A DNA stretch of 64,000 nucleotides. Source: an uncultured Acidimicrobiales bacterium. GTDB lineage: Bacteria; Actinomycetota; Acidimicrobiia; Acidimicrobiales; CAWCAL01. The DNA is taken from positions 196,352 to 260,351 of the forward strand of contig CAVOFR010000005.1 of the NCBI GenBank assembly GCA_963695075.1, in the 5' to 3' direction. The position numbers and the translations under genes are program-made. A model generated the notes under the pieces. It saw only the letters and a program-made list of their open reading frames with translations, made no database searches and was not told the origin of the DNA. Shown piece after piece: positions 35,637-43,621 of the stretch (positions are counted from its first letter, which is position 1; each line of letters begins with the position of its first letter).

Positions 35637-38008
35637 CGCTTGCCTCTCGCAGGGTCGGACCACGACCGTGGGCCGCTGAGAGAGGCGACTCTAACGGCGT
35701 CGGAGCCGTTCGACGCCTTGGGTACCAAGCGCGTAGGCGCTTCGCGCCGGGGCGGTACGATCCGCCCATCGACCAGGACCCCCCTTCGCGACGCGCCTCC
35801 TCGCCGAAGTTCTCGCGGCCTCCCCCTTCGCCGGGAGCCATCCTTCGTGGCGCGGCGATTGCCGAGCTGAGGTCGCACGCCCACCTCCCCTTCGTGGCGG
35901 TTCGCGCCGGTGCGGGGTCGGGGAAGACGACGATCGTCGGACAATGGCTCGACGTCGACGATCGGCCGGCCGCCTGGGTGACGCTCGACCGGAGCGACGA
36001 CGATCCGGTCGTGCTGTTGCGAGATGTCATCGAGGCGCTGGACGGGGTCGAACCCATGCCCGAGGTCGCCGAGCGGCTGGACGGCCGGCCGCCCGACGTT
36101 CTGACGGACGCGCTGTCGGCGCTCGGTGTTTCGATTCGCTCGGAGCGTCGGCCGTTTCTGTTGGTCCTCGACGATGTGCACGTCCTGACCGGCGCCGTGT
36201 CCGTCGATCTCCTCGAACAGCTCCTGGACATGGTCCCGAACGGCTCGCAGGTCGTCCTCGTCGGACGATCGATCCCACCGATCCATCTCACCCGCCGTCT
36301 GCTGGGCGGTCGTGCGTCCATACTCGAGCCCGGGGACGTCGCCGTCACCGAGTCCGAGAGTCGCGAGCTCCTCGAGCGATCGTTGCCGGCGCTCGACGAC
36401 CCGACCAGGGCTGCCCTGCTCGAGATGACCGAGGGTTGGGTCGCCGGGCTCTCGCTGGCCATCCTCGCGTTGAAGGAACATCCCGACCCCGGTGGAAGCA
36501 TCGCATCCCTGCTCGCCGGGGATCGGCGGACAGCCGAGTACTTCCATGAGGAGGTCCTCCGGCAGCTCCCCGAACCGGCCCGCCGCTTCCTGACGCGAAC
36601 GTCGGTCCTCGACTGCCTCAACGCTGCGCTCTGTGACGCGCTGCTCGACCAGAGCGAGAGCGCGACCATGCTCCGCCGACTCGCCGAGACCGGCATCGTC
36701 GTTCGCACCTCGATCGAGGGCGCCGCCGGTTGGTACCGTCCGCAGCCGTTGTTCGCCGAGTTCCTGCGCGCCGAGCTCCGATCGACCGCGCCGGAGGAGG
36801 AAGCCGACCTGCACCGCCGCGCCGCTACCTGGCTCGCGGCCGACGACCAGGCTGCGGCTGCAGTGCACCACGCGCTCGCCACCGACGACCTCGCTTTTGC
36901 TGCCGACGTGATCTATGGCCAGCTCTTCCCGGCGTTCGAGCGGGGCCAGCTCGCGTCGATGGACCGGTGGCTCGCCGCCTTCGCTCCCGAGGAAGTCCGT
37001 CAACGCCCGCAACTGGCGCTCGCCGCCGGCTGGCTCGCCGTCGCACGGGGCAACCTGGCTGACACCGAGAGTTGGATCGGGGTTTCCGAGAGCCTGGCCG
37101 ACGAAGACCAGCTCCGTGGGCAACGTCCGAACGGGGGGGTGAGCACCGAGGTGGCGAGAGCCGCCCTCGTGATGTTCGCCGCACTGGGCGGTGTGAAGCA
37201 GGCGGCCGAGAGCGCCCGGACCGTCCTCGAGGCCGGACCGGACCGCAGTCCCTGGTGGGCAACGGCACGGCTGATCGAGGCGCTGGCCCTCCATGAGTCG
37301 GGTGCCGTCGAGGATCGGGTCGCGACGATGAGCTCGGTCGAGTTCGACCTCCGCGGGGCTGGACCAGAACACGCGGTCGCCGTGGCACACCTGGCGCTCG
37401 CACATCTCGACCGAGGCGACGAAGTCGGGCATCGTCTCGCCGAGGAGGCAGTTGCCGAGTTGGAGGCGCTCGGGCTCGGAGACTACGCCTTCGCCGGAAT
37501 GGTGCACTGCGCCCGGGCATATGCGACGGCGCAGCGAGGTGCCGTGAGGGAGTCGCGAGCCGCCGACCTCCACGCGGCGGCTCTGGCGGATTCGATGAAG
37601 GGCGCGGTGCCGCGAGGCCTGATCCATCAGCGACTCGTGCTCGCGGATGCGGCCTGTATTCGCGGCGACCGCGCTCGCGCCGCTGATCACCTCGCCGAAG
37701 CCGGGGTGCTGCTCCCGCACGAACCCGATGCCACGGTGTTGCAGACGTGGGCCGACCGGCTCCGCGAGCGTGTCGAGCAGGCGTCGGCTCGGTCCAGCCG
37801 CGCTCATGGTGCGGCGATCACCGCGGCCGAACGGCGGGTCCTCGAACAGCTCCCGACGCACTATTCGCTGGCCGAGATCGGCGACCAGCTGTTCGTCTCG
37901 CGCAACACGGTCAAGTCCCACACGATCGCGATCTACCGGAAACTGGGTGTCTCGAGTCGTGCGGACGCAGTCGCGAAGGCTCGCGATCTCGGGCTGCTCG
38001 AATCCTGA
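35627..38008 (+). CDS. LAL-type (MalT-like, large ATP-binding) LuxR-family transcriptional regulator
   Basis: Walker A GAGSGKTT, a long helical-repeat body, and a C-terminal LuxR HTH ERRVLEQLPTHYSLAEIGDQLFVSRNTVKSHTIAIYRKLGV. The only in-frame canonical start upstream of the P-loop is GTG at 35627, so the start is uncertain. Confidence 0.8.
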   Translation: MSASLASRRVGPRPWAAERGDSNGVGAVRRLGYQARRRFAPGRYDPPIDQDPPSRRASSPKFSRPPPSPGAILRGAAIAELRSHAHLPFVAVRAGAGSGKTTIVGQWLDVDDRPAAWVTLDRSDDDPVVLLRDVIEALDGVEPMPEVAERLDGRPPDVLTDALSALGVSIRSERRPFLLVLDDVHVLTGAVSVDLLEQLLDMVPNGSQVVLVGRSIPPIHLTRRLLGGRASILEPGDVAVTESESRELLERSLPALDDPTRAALLEMTEGWVAGLSLAILALKEHPDPGGSIASLLAGDRRTAEYFHEEVLRQLPEPARRFLTRTSVLDCLNAALCDALLDQSESATMLRRLAETGIVVRTSIEGAAGWYRPQPLFAEFLRAELRSTAPEEEADLHRRAATWLAADDQAAAAVHHALATDDLAFAADVIYGQLFPAFERGQLASMDRWLAAFAPEEVRQRPQLALAAGWLAVARGNLADTESWIGVSESLADEDQLRGQRPNGGVSTEVARAALVMFAALGGVKQAAESARTVLEAGPDRSPWWATARLIEALALHESGAVEDRVATMSSVEFDLRGAGPEHAVAVAHLALAHLDRGDEVGHRLAEEAVAELEALGLGDYAFAGMVHCARAYATAQRGAVRESRAADLHAAALADSMKGAVPRGLIHQRLVLADAACIRGDRARAADHLAEAGVLLPHEPDATVLQTWADRLRERVEQASARSSRAHGAAITAAERRVLEQLPTHYSLAEIGDQLFVSRNTVKSHTIAIYRKLGVSSRADAVAKARDLGLLES

Positions 38009-38149
38009 GCCGTGCTCGGGTGGGTCGTGGCCGACCGTCCAATCGACCATTGTGGGTGACGACGGAGGAGGGGAGTCCTGGCAAGCTCAGGTGAGGGCGG
38101 GGGCGCGTTGGTGCCCGTGCCCTCCGGATCCAGACGAAGGGGCAGGTTC

Positions 38150-38602
38150 ATGAACGACACCTCCGACGAAGAGCTCGGACCGATCGACTACCTCGTCGTC
38201 GAGTTTCCGGCAGGAGCCAAGAACTTCGACGGCGCCATGGCGAGAGAACTGGCTTCGCTGGCCGAAGCCGAGCTCATCCAGATCCTCGACCTGATCGTCC
38301 TGGAGAAGGACGCCGATGGGGGCATCGAGGCACTGGAGATCGAGGACATGGGTGACCTTGGCGACCTCGGCGCGATCGAGGCCGGGCTCGCCGAGATCCT
38401 GGCCCTGGAGGATCTCGAGCACCTGGCCGCAGCGATGGAGCCCGGAAGCACCGCCGGCGTGTTGGTGTGGGAGAACACCTGGGCCGCACCGTTCGCCGTC
38501 GCCGCCCGGGAGTCGGGTGGGCAGCTGATCGCCAGCGGCCGCATCCCGACCCAGGCACTGATCGCCGCATTCGAAGCCGACGACGCGTCCGAGGAGGACT
38601 GA
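38150..38602 (+). CDS. DUF6325-like soluble protein, copy 2
   Basis: 150 aa: MNDTSDEELGPIDYLVVEFPAG...ILDLIVLEKDADG...ALEDLEHLAAAMEPGSTAGVLVWENTWAAPF...GG..I...RIP. Confidence 0.8.
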   Translation: MNDTSDEELGPIDYLVVEFPAGAKNFDGAMARELASLAEAELIQILDLIVLEKDADGGIEALEIEDMGDLGDLGAIEAGLAEILALEDLEHLAAAMEPGSTAGVLVWENTWAAPFAVAARESGGQLIASGRIPTQALIAAFEADDASEED

Positions 38603-38603
38603 C

Positions 38604-38753
38604 ATGCCCATGCGACCAGCACGACGAGCCCGCCGAGGGGTCATCGGAGGCCCGGTGCGGCGGACCGCCGCAGTGGCCGGGACCGCTGCGGTGGTGACCC
38701 ACGGTGTTCGCCGACGGGGCGACCGTCGCGACGACCGCCGCGGCCGCCGCTGA
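38604..38753 (+). CDS. 49-aa Arg-rich ORF, a SHOCT-less paralog of the partner gene (below the ORF-track length cutoff)
   Basis: MPMRPARRARRGVIGGPVRRTAAVAGTAAVVTHGVRRRGDRRDDRRGRR*. It starts 1 nt after the copy-2 stop and shares RTAAVAGTA with the N-termini of the genes at 31543 and 42388. Confidence 0.55.
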   Translation: MPMRPARRARRGVIGGPVRRTAAVAGTAAVVTHGVRRRGDRRDDRRGRR

Positions 38754-38802
38754 TCCTCCTCAGGCCAACGATCGTGCACGACCTGACTGGAGCAGACAAC
38801 CG

Positions 38803-41157
38803 ATGACCGAGCCCTTCCGCGGCGAGATCGCCCTCGACATCCGCGACTCGGAGCCCGACTGGGATCCTTTCCTGGCGCCCAAGGCGCCCGACGGGGCCCC
38901 GAACGTCCTGATGCTCGCCTGGGACGACCTCGGATTCGCGACGATGGAGTCCTACGGCGGGCCGGTCAAGTGCCCCAACATGGATCGCATCGCCGAAAAG
39001 GGCGTCCGGTTCTCGAACTTCCACACGACGGCACTGTGCTCACCGACCCGGGCGTCGCTGCTCACCGGTCGCAACGCCACCACGAACGGCATGGCGACGA
39101 TCGCCGAGTTCGCCTCGGGTTTCCCGGGCATCTCGACCCGGATCCCGTTCGAGAGCGGCTTCATCTCCGAGGTGCTCTCCGAGCACGGGTACAACACCTA
39201 CTGCGTCGGGAAGTGGCACCTCACACCCGGTGAGGAGTGCAACCTCGCTGCGTACAAGGGCCGCTGGCCGCTCGGTCGGGGCTTCGAGCGTTTCTACGGG
39301 TGGCTCGGTGGGGAGACGAACTCGTTCTATCCCGACCTGGTCCACGACAACCATCCGATCGAACCGCCGACGACGCCCGAGGAGGGTTACCACCTGGCGG
39401 ACGACATGTCGGCCAAGGCGGTGGAGTTCATCCAGGACGCCAAGACGATCGATCCCGGCAAGCCGTTCTTCATGTATCTCGCCCCCCAGGCTGGTCATGC
39501 CCCCCACCTCGTTCCGCTCGAGTGGGCCGACCGCTACAAGGGCGTGTTCGACGAGGGCTACGAGGCGATCCGGGAGGGAATCCTCGAGCGCCAGATCGAG
39601 CTCGGTCTGCTCCCCGAGGGCACCCAGCTGTCGCCGATCAATCCTCATGGTGAGCCCGAGCGCACCGGTCCCGACGGCCAGCCGTGGCCGCTGCTCGACA
39701 CCGTGCGCCCGTGGGACACCCTGAACGATGACGAGAAGCGGCTGTTCGTCCGGATGGCCGAGGTCTTCGCCGGCTACATCTCGTACTACGACCACCAACT
39801 CGGCCGGGTCCTCGACTACCTCGAGGAGGCCGGTGAGCTCGACAACACGATCATCGTCGTGGTCTCCGACAACGGTGCGAGCGGCGAGGGCGGCCCCAAC
39901 GGCAGCTTCAACGAGTGGCGGTTCTTCAACGGGGTCGCCGACACGGCCGAAGGCACATTGGCCCACATCGACGAGCTGGGTACCCCGGCCTCGAACAACC
40001 ACTACAACACCGGCTGGGCCTGGGCCCTGGACACGCCGTTCCCCTACTGGAAGCGCTGGGCGGGGGCCGAGGGTGGTGTATCCGACATGTGCCTCGTCTC
40101 CTGGCCGGCCGAGATCGCTCCCCAGAAGGACGTCCGCCACCAGTACATCCATGCGGTCGACGTCGTCCCGACGCTCTACGACCTGCTGGGCATCGACCCG
40201 CCCGAGGTGTTGAAGGGCTACCCGCAGAACCGGATCGAAGGCGAGAGCTTCGCCGCGGCATTGACCGACGCCGACGCGCCCGGCAAGGCCACGCAGTTCT
40301 ACACGATGCTGGGCCAGCGCTCGATCTACCACGAAGGCTGGCTGGCCTGCACCGTGCATCCGCCGCTGAGCGGGTGGGGCAACTTCGAACACGACGAGTG
40401 GGAGCTCTTCCACCTCGAGACCGATCGGTCGCAGACCGAGAACCTCGCCGAGCAGGAACCCGAGATGCTCGAGAAGCTCAAGGGCCTGTGGTTCTACAAC
40501 GCCGGGCTCTACAACGGTCTACCGCTCGACGACCGGAGTGCCATCGAACAGGTCCTCGCCCCGCGGCCCCGTGCCGCGCCTGAACGCGATCGGTACGTTT
40601 TCTATCCCGGCACCGCCGATGTGCCGGAGTCGGCCGGTCCCCAGCTGCCGGGACGATCGTTCACGATCGCGGCTGGCGTGAAGGTCGAGTCGGCCGACGT
40701 CGAAGGGGTGATCTGGGCCGCCGGCGGCGTCCCCGGTGGGCACAGCCTCTATGTCAAGGGCGGGCGACTCCGCTACACGAACAACTGGATCGGGACCACG
40801 CTGCAGGATGTCGTCGCCGAGAGCGATCTCACCACGGGTGCCCACGTGTGCACCGCCGAGTTCGCCGCCACCGGCCCCAGCAGCGATCCGGACATGCCGG
40901 GCACGGCCGGGACCCTCACCCTGTACGTCGACGACCAGGCGGTCGGGTCGGAGGACATCGTCACCCAGCCCGGGTACTTCTGCCTGACCGGAGACGGCAT
41001 CTGTGTCGGGCGGGACAGCCTTTCGGCGGTCACCCCCGAGTACGTCGCACCCTTCGAGTTCACCGGTGGGGCGATCGACAAGGTGGTCGTCGATGTGTCA
41101 GGAGACCGGTACATCGACCACGAGGCCCAGGTCAGGACCTGGTTCAGCCTCGACTGA
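38803..41157 (+). CDS. Arylsulfatase (type I, formylglycine-dependent, AtsA-like long form)
   Basis: FGly target motif LCSPTRASLLTGRN, metal-ligand region LMLAWDDLGF, and VVVSDNGAS. 784 aa from ATG at 38803. Confidence 0.88.
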   Translation: MTEPFRGEIALDIRDSEPDWDPFLAPKAPDGAPNVLMLAWDDLGFATMESYGGPVKCPNMDRIAEKGVRFSNFHTTALCSPTRASLLTGRNATTNGMATIAEFASGFPGISTRIPFESGFISEVLSEHGYNTYCVGKWHLTPGEECNLAAYKGRWPLGRGFERFYGWLGGETNSFYPDLVHDNHPIEPPTTPEEGYHLADDMSAKAVEFIQDAKTIDPGKPFFMYLAPQAGHAPHLVPLEWADRYKGVFDEGYEAIREGILERQIELGLLPEGTQLSPINPHGEPERTGPDGQPWPLLDTVRPWDTLNDDEKRLFVRMAEVFAGYISYYDHQLGRVLDYLEEAGELDNTIIVVVSDNGASGEGGPNGSFNEWRFFNGVADTAEGTLAHIDELGTPASNNHYNTGWAWALDTPFPYWKRWAGAEGGVSDMCLVSWPAEIAPQKDVRHQYIHAVDVVPTLYDLLGIDPPEVLKGYPQNRIEGESFAAALTDADAPGKATQFYTMLGQRSIYHEGWLACTVHPPLSGWGNFEHDEWELFHLETDRSQTENLAEQEPEMLEKLKGLWFYNAGLYNGLPLDDRSAIEQVLAPRPRAAPERDRYVFYPGTADVPESAGPQLPGRSFTIAAGVKVESADVEGVIWAAGGVPGGHSLYVKGGRLRYTNNWIGTTLQDVVAESDLTTGAHVCTAEFAATGPSSDPDMPGTAGTLTLYVDDQAVGSEDIVTQPGYFCLTGDGICVGRDSLSAVTPEYVAPFEFTGGAIDKVVVDVSGDRYIDHEAQVRTWFSLD

Positions 41158-41210
41158 CGGGTCGGTCGTCGACCGCTGGGACCGCTGACTACGGGCCACG
41201 AGCGGATCCG

Positions 41211-41252
41211 AGCCCGAGGCGAGAATCGAACTCGCGACCTGCTGTTTACAAG
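41211..41252 (-). repeat. 42-nt copy of the 3' part of tRNA-Thr(UGU), from the anticodon loop to the discriminator: candidate attR
   Basis: 38 of 42 nt are identical to 56084-56125. The four differences are two compensatory base-pair swaps in the T-stem (GCGAG/CTCGC versus AGGAG/CTCCT). The upstream sequence cannot form the anticodon or D stems. Confidence 0.8.
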
Positions 41253-41314
41253 TCGTGGGTCGAGTGTCCACCCAGGTCCGTCGCGGCCCGCCCTGTCCCG
41301 GAATCTGCGCTGAC

Positions 41315-41379
41315 GTCTCACGTGATTCAACCTCTGGTATCCGTGTTCGTCCAGCAATTCGTGAGACAAACCGTGAGAC
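41315..41379. repeat. GTGAGAC/GTCTCAC heptamer cluster next to the tRNA fragment (candidate arm-type recombinase sites, P arm)
   Basis: GTCTCAC at 41315-41321 and GTGAGAC at 41361-41367 and 41373-41379. The TTCGTGAGAC decamer is shared with 55971-55980. Confidence 0.4.
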
Positions 41380-41927
41380 GCCACACCTCCCCCCGAGGGA
41401 CCCGGTCGGACGATGGGCATTTGCGCGTTCGTCAGCGTGCTGCTCGCCCCCGCGCCGTTCATCCCCGGCGGATGAGGCGCTCGGGGGTCTGTATGTCGGA
41501 GCATGATCGCAGAGGTGTGATGCGCCGAGAGGGACGACCATGACCACATCCGATCGAACTCCAGCCAGGTTCGCCATCCGGTGATCGTCGCCACCGCGAT
41601 TGCGGTGGCGGAGCTATTGCGACGGTTCGCCGCTCGTCCCCATCTCGCTCGACGAGGAGCAGAGCTCGCGCACGAGGTGCTCGATCCGTGGGAGCAGGCG
41701 GTGGCCGACGAGCTGTCGCAGCATGCTGACCACCTGGCCGCCGACACTGCGCTGGCCGGCGTGTACGTCGGCGACCGGATCTGGCGCCGACGCCGCTGAC
41801 GGCGTAACAGCTTCGCTGTCGTTGCCGTCCGCTCCGCCGTTCGGCGCCCCGGCGATTCACCCGCGGCGGGTGACGACGGTGACCGGTCGTGATCGCACAC
41901 TGGGGCGACGTCCGAGGAGGCTGCTGC

Positions 41928-42347
41928 ATGTCCGAGAACCACGGTCCCATCGACTACGTCCTGCTCGAGTTCCGGGGCGGGCACCCGCTGGACGAGGTCG
42001 CAGAGTCGTTGATGGCCCTGGTCGGCTCGGGCGTCATCGCCCTGTACGACCTGGTGGCCATCCGCAAGGACGGCGACGGCACGTTCTCGGGCGTCGCGCT
42101 CGACGAGCTCGGAGGCTCGTTCGCCGCGTTCTCCGGTGCCGCCTCGGGGCTGCTCGGCGATGACGACATCGCCGAGGCGGCCGAGGTGCTCGAGCCGGGA
42201 ACCGCCGCAGCGCTCATCGTCTACGAGAACACCTGGGCAGTTCCGTTCGTGGACGCAGCCCTGCGAGCCGGCGGACAGATGGTCGCCACCGCACGACTGC
42301 CCGCCGAGGACGTCATCGCCGCCCTCGACGCACTCGAGTCAGCCTGA
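41928..42347 (+). CDS. DUF6325-like soluble protein, copy 3
   Basis: 139 aa after GAGGAGG: MSENHGPIDYVLLEF...ALYDLVAIRKDGDG...GDDDIAEAAEVLEPGTAAALIVYENTWAVPF...GG..V...RLP. Confidence 0.8.
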   Translation: MSENHGPIDYVLLEFRGGHPLDEVAESLMALVGSGVIALYDLVAIRKDGDGTFSGVALDELGGSFAAFSGAASGLLGDDDIAEAAEVLEPGTAAALIVYENTWAVPFVDAALRAGGQMVATARLPAEDVIAALDALESA

Positions 42348-42387
42348 ACGCCGACCAGACCGAACCAGAACAGCACAGGAGCACACC

Positions 42388-42714
42388 ATGCCAGGACTCA
42401 TCAGGGGAGTGGCCCGCACCGCGGCCGTTGCCGGCACAGCCACCGCAGTGAGCGGTCGCGTCCAACGCCGCCAGGCCGAGAAGTTCGCGTCGCGAGATGC
42501 CAGCACCCAGGTGCAGCGGGACCAGGCCTACCAGCAGCAGGCGCCCGGACCGGCACCGGCACCGGCGCCCGCACCGGTCGCCGCAGCCGCTGTCGCAGCG
42601 GCTCCCGCAACCAGCACGCTCGATCAGCTCCAGCAGCTGGGAGAGCTGAAGGCGCAGGGCATCCTCACCGACGCCGAGTTCGAGGCCCAGAAGGCCAAGA
42701 TCCTGGCGTCGTGA
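42388..42714 (+). CDS. Small protein with N-terminal RTAAVAGTATAVSGRVQRRQ motif and a C-terminal SHOCT domain, copy 3
   Basis: 108 aa: MPGLIRGVARTAAVAGTATAVSGRVQRRQAEKF..., an (PA)n linker, then LDQLQQLGELKAQGILTDAEFEAQKAKILAS. Confidence 0.8.
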   Translation: MPGLIRGVARTAAVAGTATAVSGRVQRRQAEKFASRDASTQVQRDQAYQQQAPGPAPAPAPAPVAAAAVAAAPATSTLDQLQQLGELKAQGILTDAEFEAQKAKILAS

Positions 42715-42826
42715 CCGCCGAACGGACGTGAGCGGGAACGGCCGCGAGGCGACCAGCCCGGTGACAGGTCCGCAGCCGTCGACCCGCCGCATCGTGACGG
42801 CAGGTCGGACGGAGGAGGGTTCGAAG

Positions 42827-43354
42827 GTGGTCGCAGCGCCCAGTGTTCTGCTGATCGGCATGATGGCGGCCGGAAAAACCACCGTGGGCCACGCACTCTC
42901 GGATCTGACCGGCTGGCCGTATCTGGACAACGACGAGTTGGTGAGGCGTGCCACGGGTCGACCGACGGCAGAGGTACTCGCTGCGGCGGATGAATCGACC
43001 CTGCGCCGAGTTGAGGTCGGGGCGCTCGACGAGGCGTTGAGCGCTCAGCCGCCGGTCATCGCCGGCGTGGCGGCCGGCGTCATCATCGATCCCGTCGATC
43101 GGCGACGGATGAGCGAGGGTGCCTTCGTGGTCTATTTGCGTGCGCCGGTCGCCCTGTTGGCCGAGCGAGTCGGCGGCGGCGACGGGCGACCGTGGCTGGA
43201 CACCAATGATCCGGCGGCGGCGCTCGAGGGGCTGTTCGAAGGACGCGAGCCGCTGTACTGCGAGGCGGCGGACCTGGTCCTGGATGTCGACGCCAAAGCT
43301 CCGGAGCGGTTGGCGATCGAGATACTTGACGCGCTCGAGCGTGGCGATCGATGA
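42827..43354 (+). CDS. Shikimate kinase-family P-loop kinase
   Basis: LLIGMMAAGKTTVG Walker A, DNDELV, and an AroK-like layout. GTG at 42827 follows GGAGGAGGG. The substrate (shikimate versus a sugar acid) cannot be assigned from sequence alone. Confidence 0.7.
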   Translation: MVAAPSVLLIGMMAAGKTTVGHALSDLTGWPYLDNDELVRRATGRPTAEVLAAADESTLRRVEVGALDEALSAQPPVIAGVAAGVIIDPVDRRRMSEGAFVVYLRAPVALLAERVGGGDGRPWLDTNDPAAALEGLFEGREPLYCEAADLVLDVDAKAPERLAIEILDALERGDR

Positions 43355-43621
43355 ACGAGGCACCTGCGCCCTCTCAGCGTCCGTTCACCGACGGTCCAAT
43401 CCGTGATCGCGAGGAGTTGGTGGAGAGTTCACCTCGGTCGCGCCTGCTCGCGGATAGGGCGGGTCTACCGTCCTGGTCAGGGGCCGGGCGGTCGGCATCT
43501 GCCAACTTTGCCGCCGACCGCCTGCTGCCGGATGGCCCGGTCCCACTGCTTCGTGTTCCTCTCGGGGTCGGATCGGATCGTCGGAGCGCGAGGGCGTCCG
43601 CGACACCAAGAGGTGAGTGAG

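Noticed and set aside
40773-41984. The 403-aa minus-strand ORF and the 41098-41577 ORF crossing the tRNA fragment; likewise 55776-56141 across the full tRNA-Thr
   Set aside because: They read through tRNA-derived sequence (the ...CKQQV.SSIL.SGS... signature) and have a low-complexity composition. Only the short integrase-like N-terminal stretch of the 55776-56141 frame was retained.
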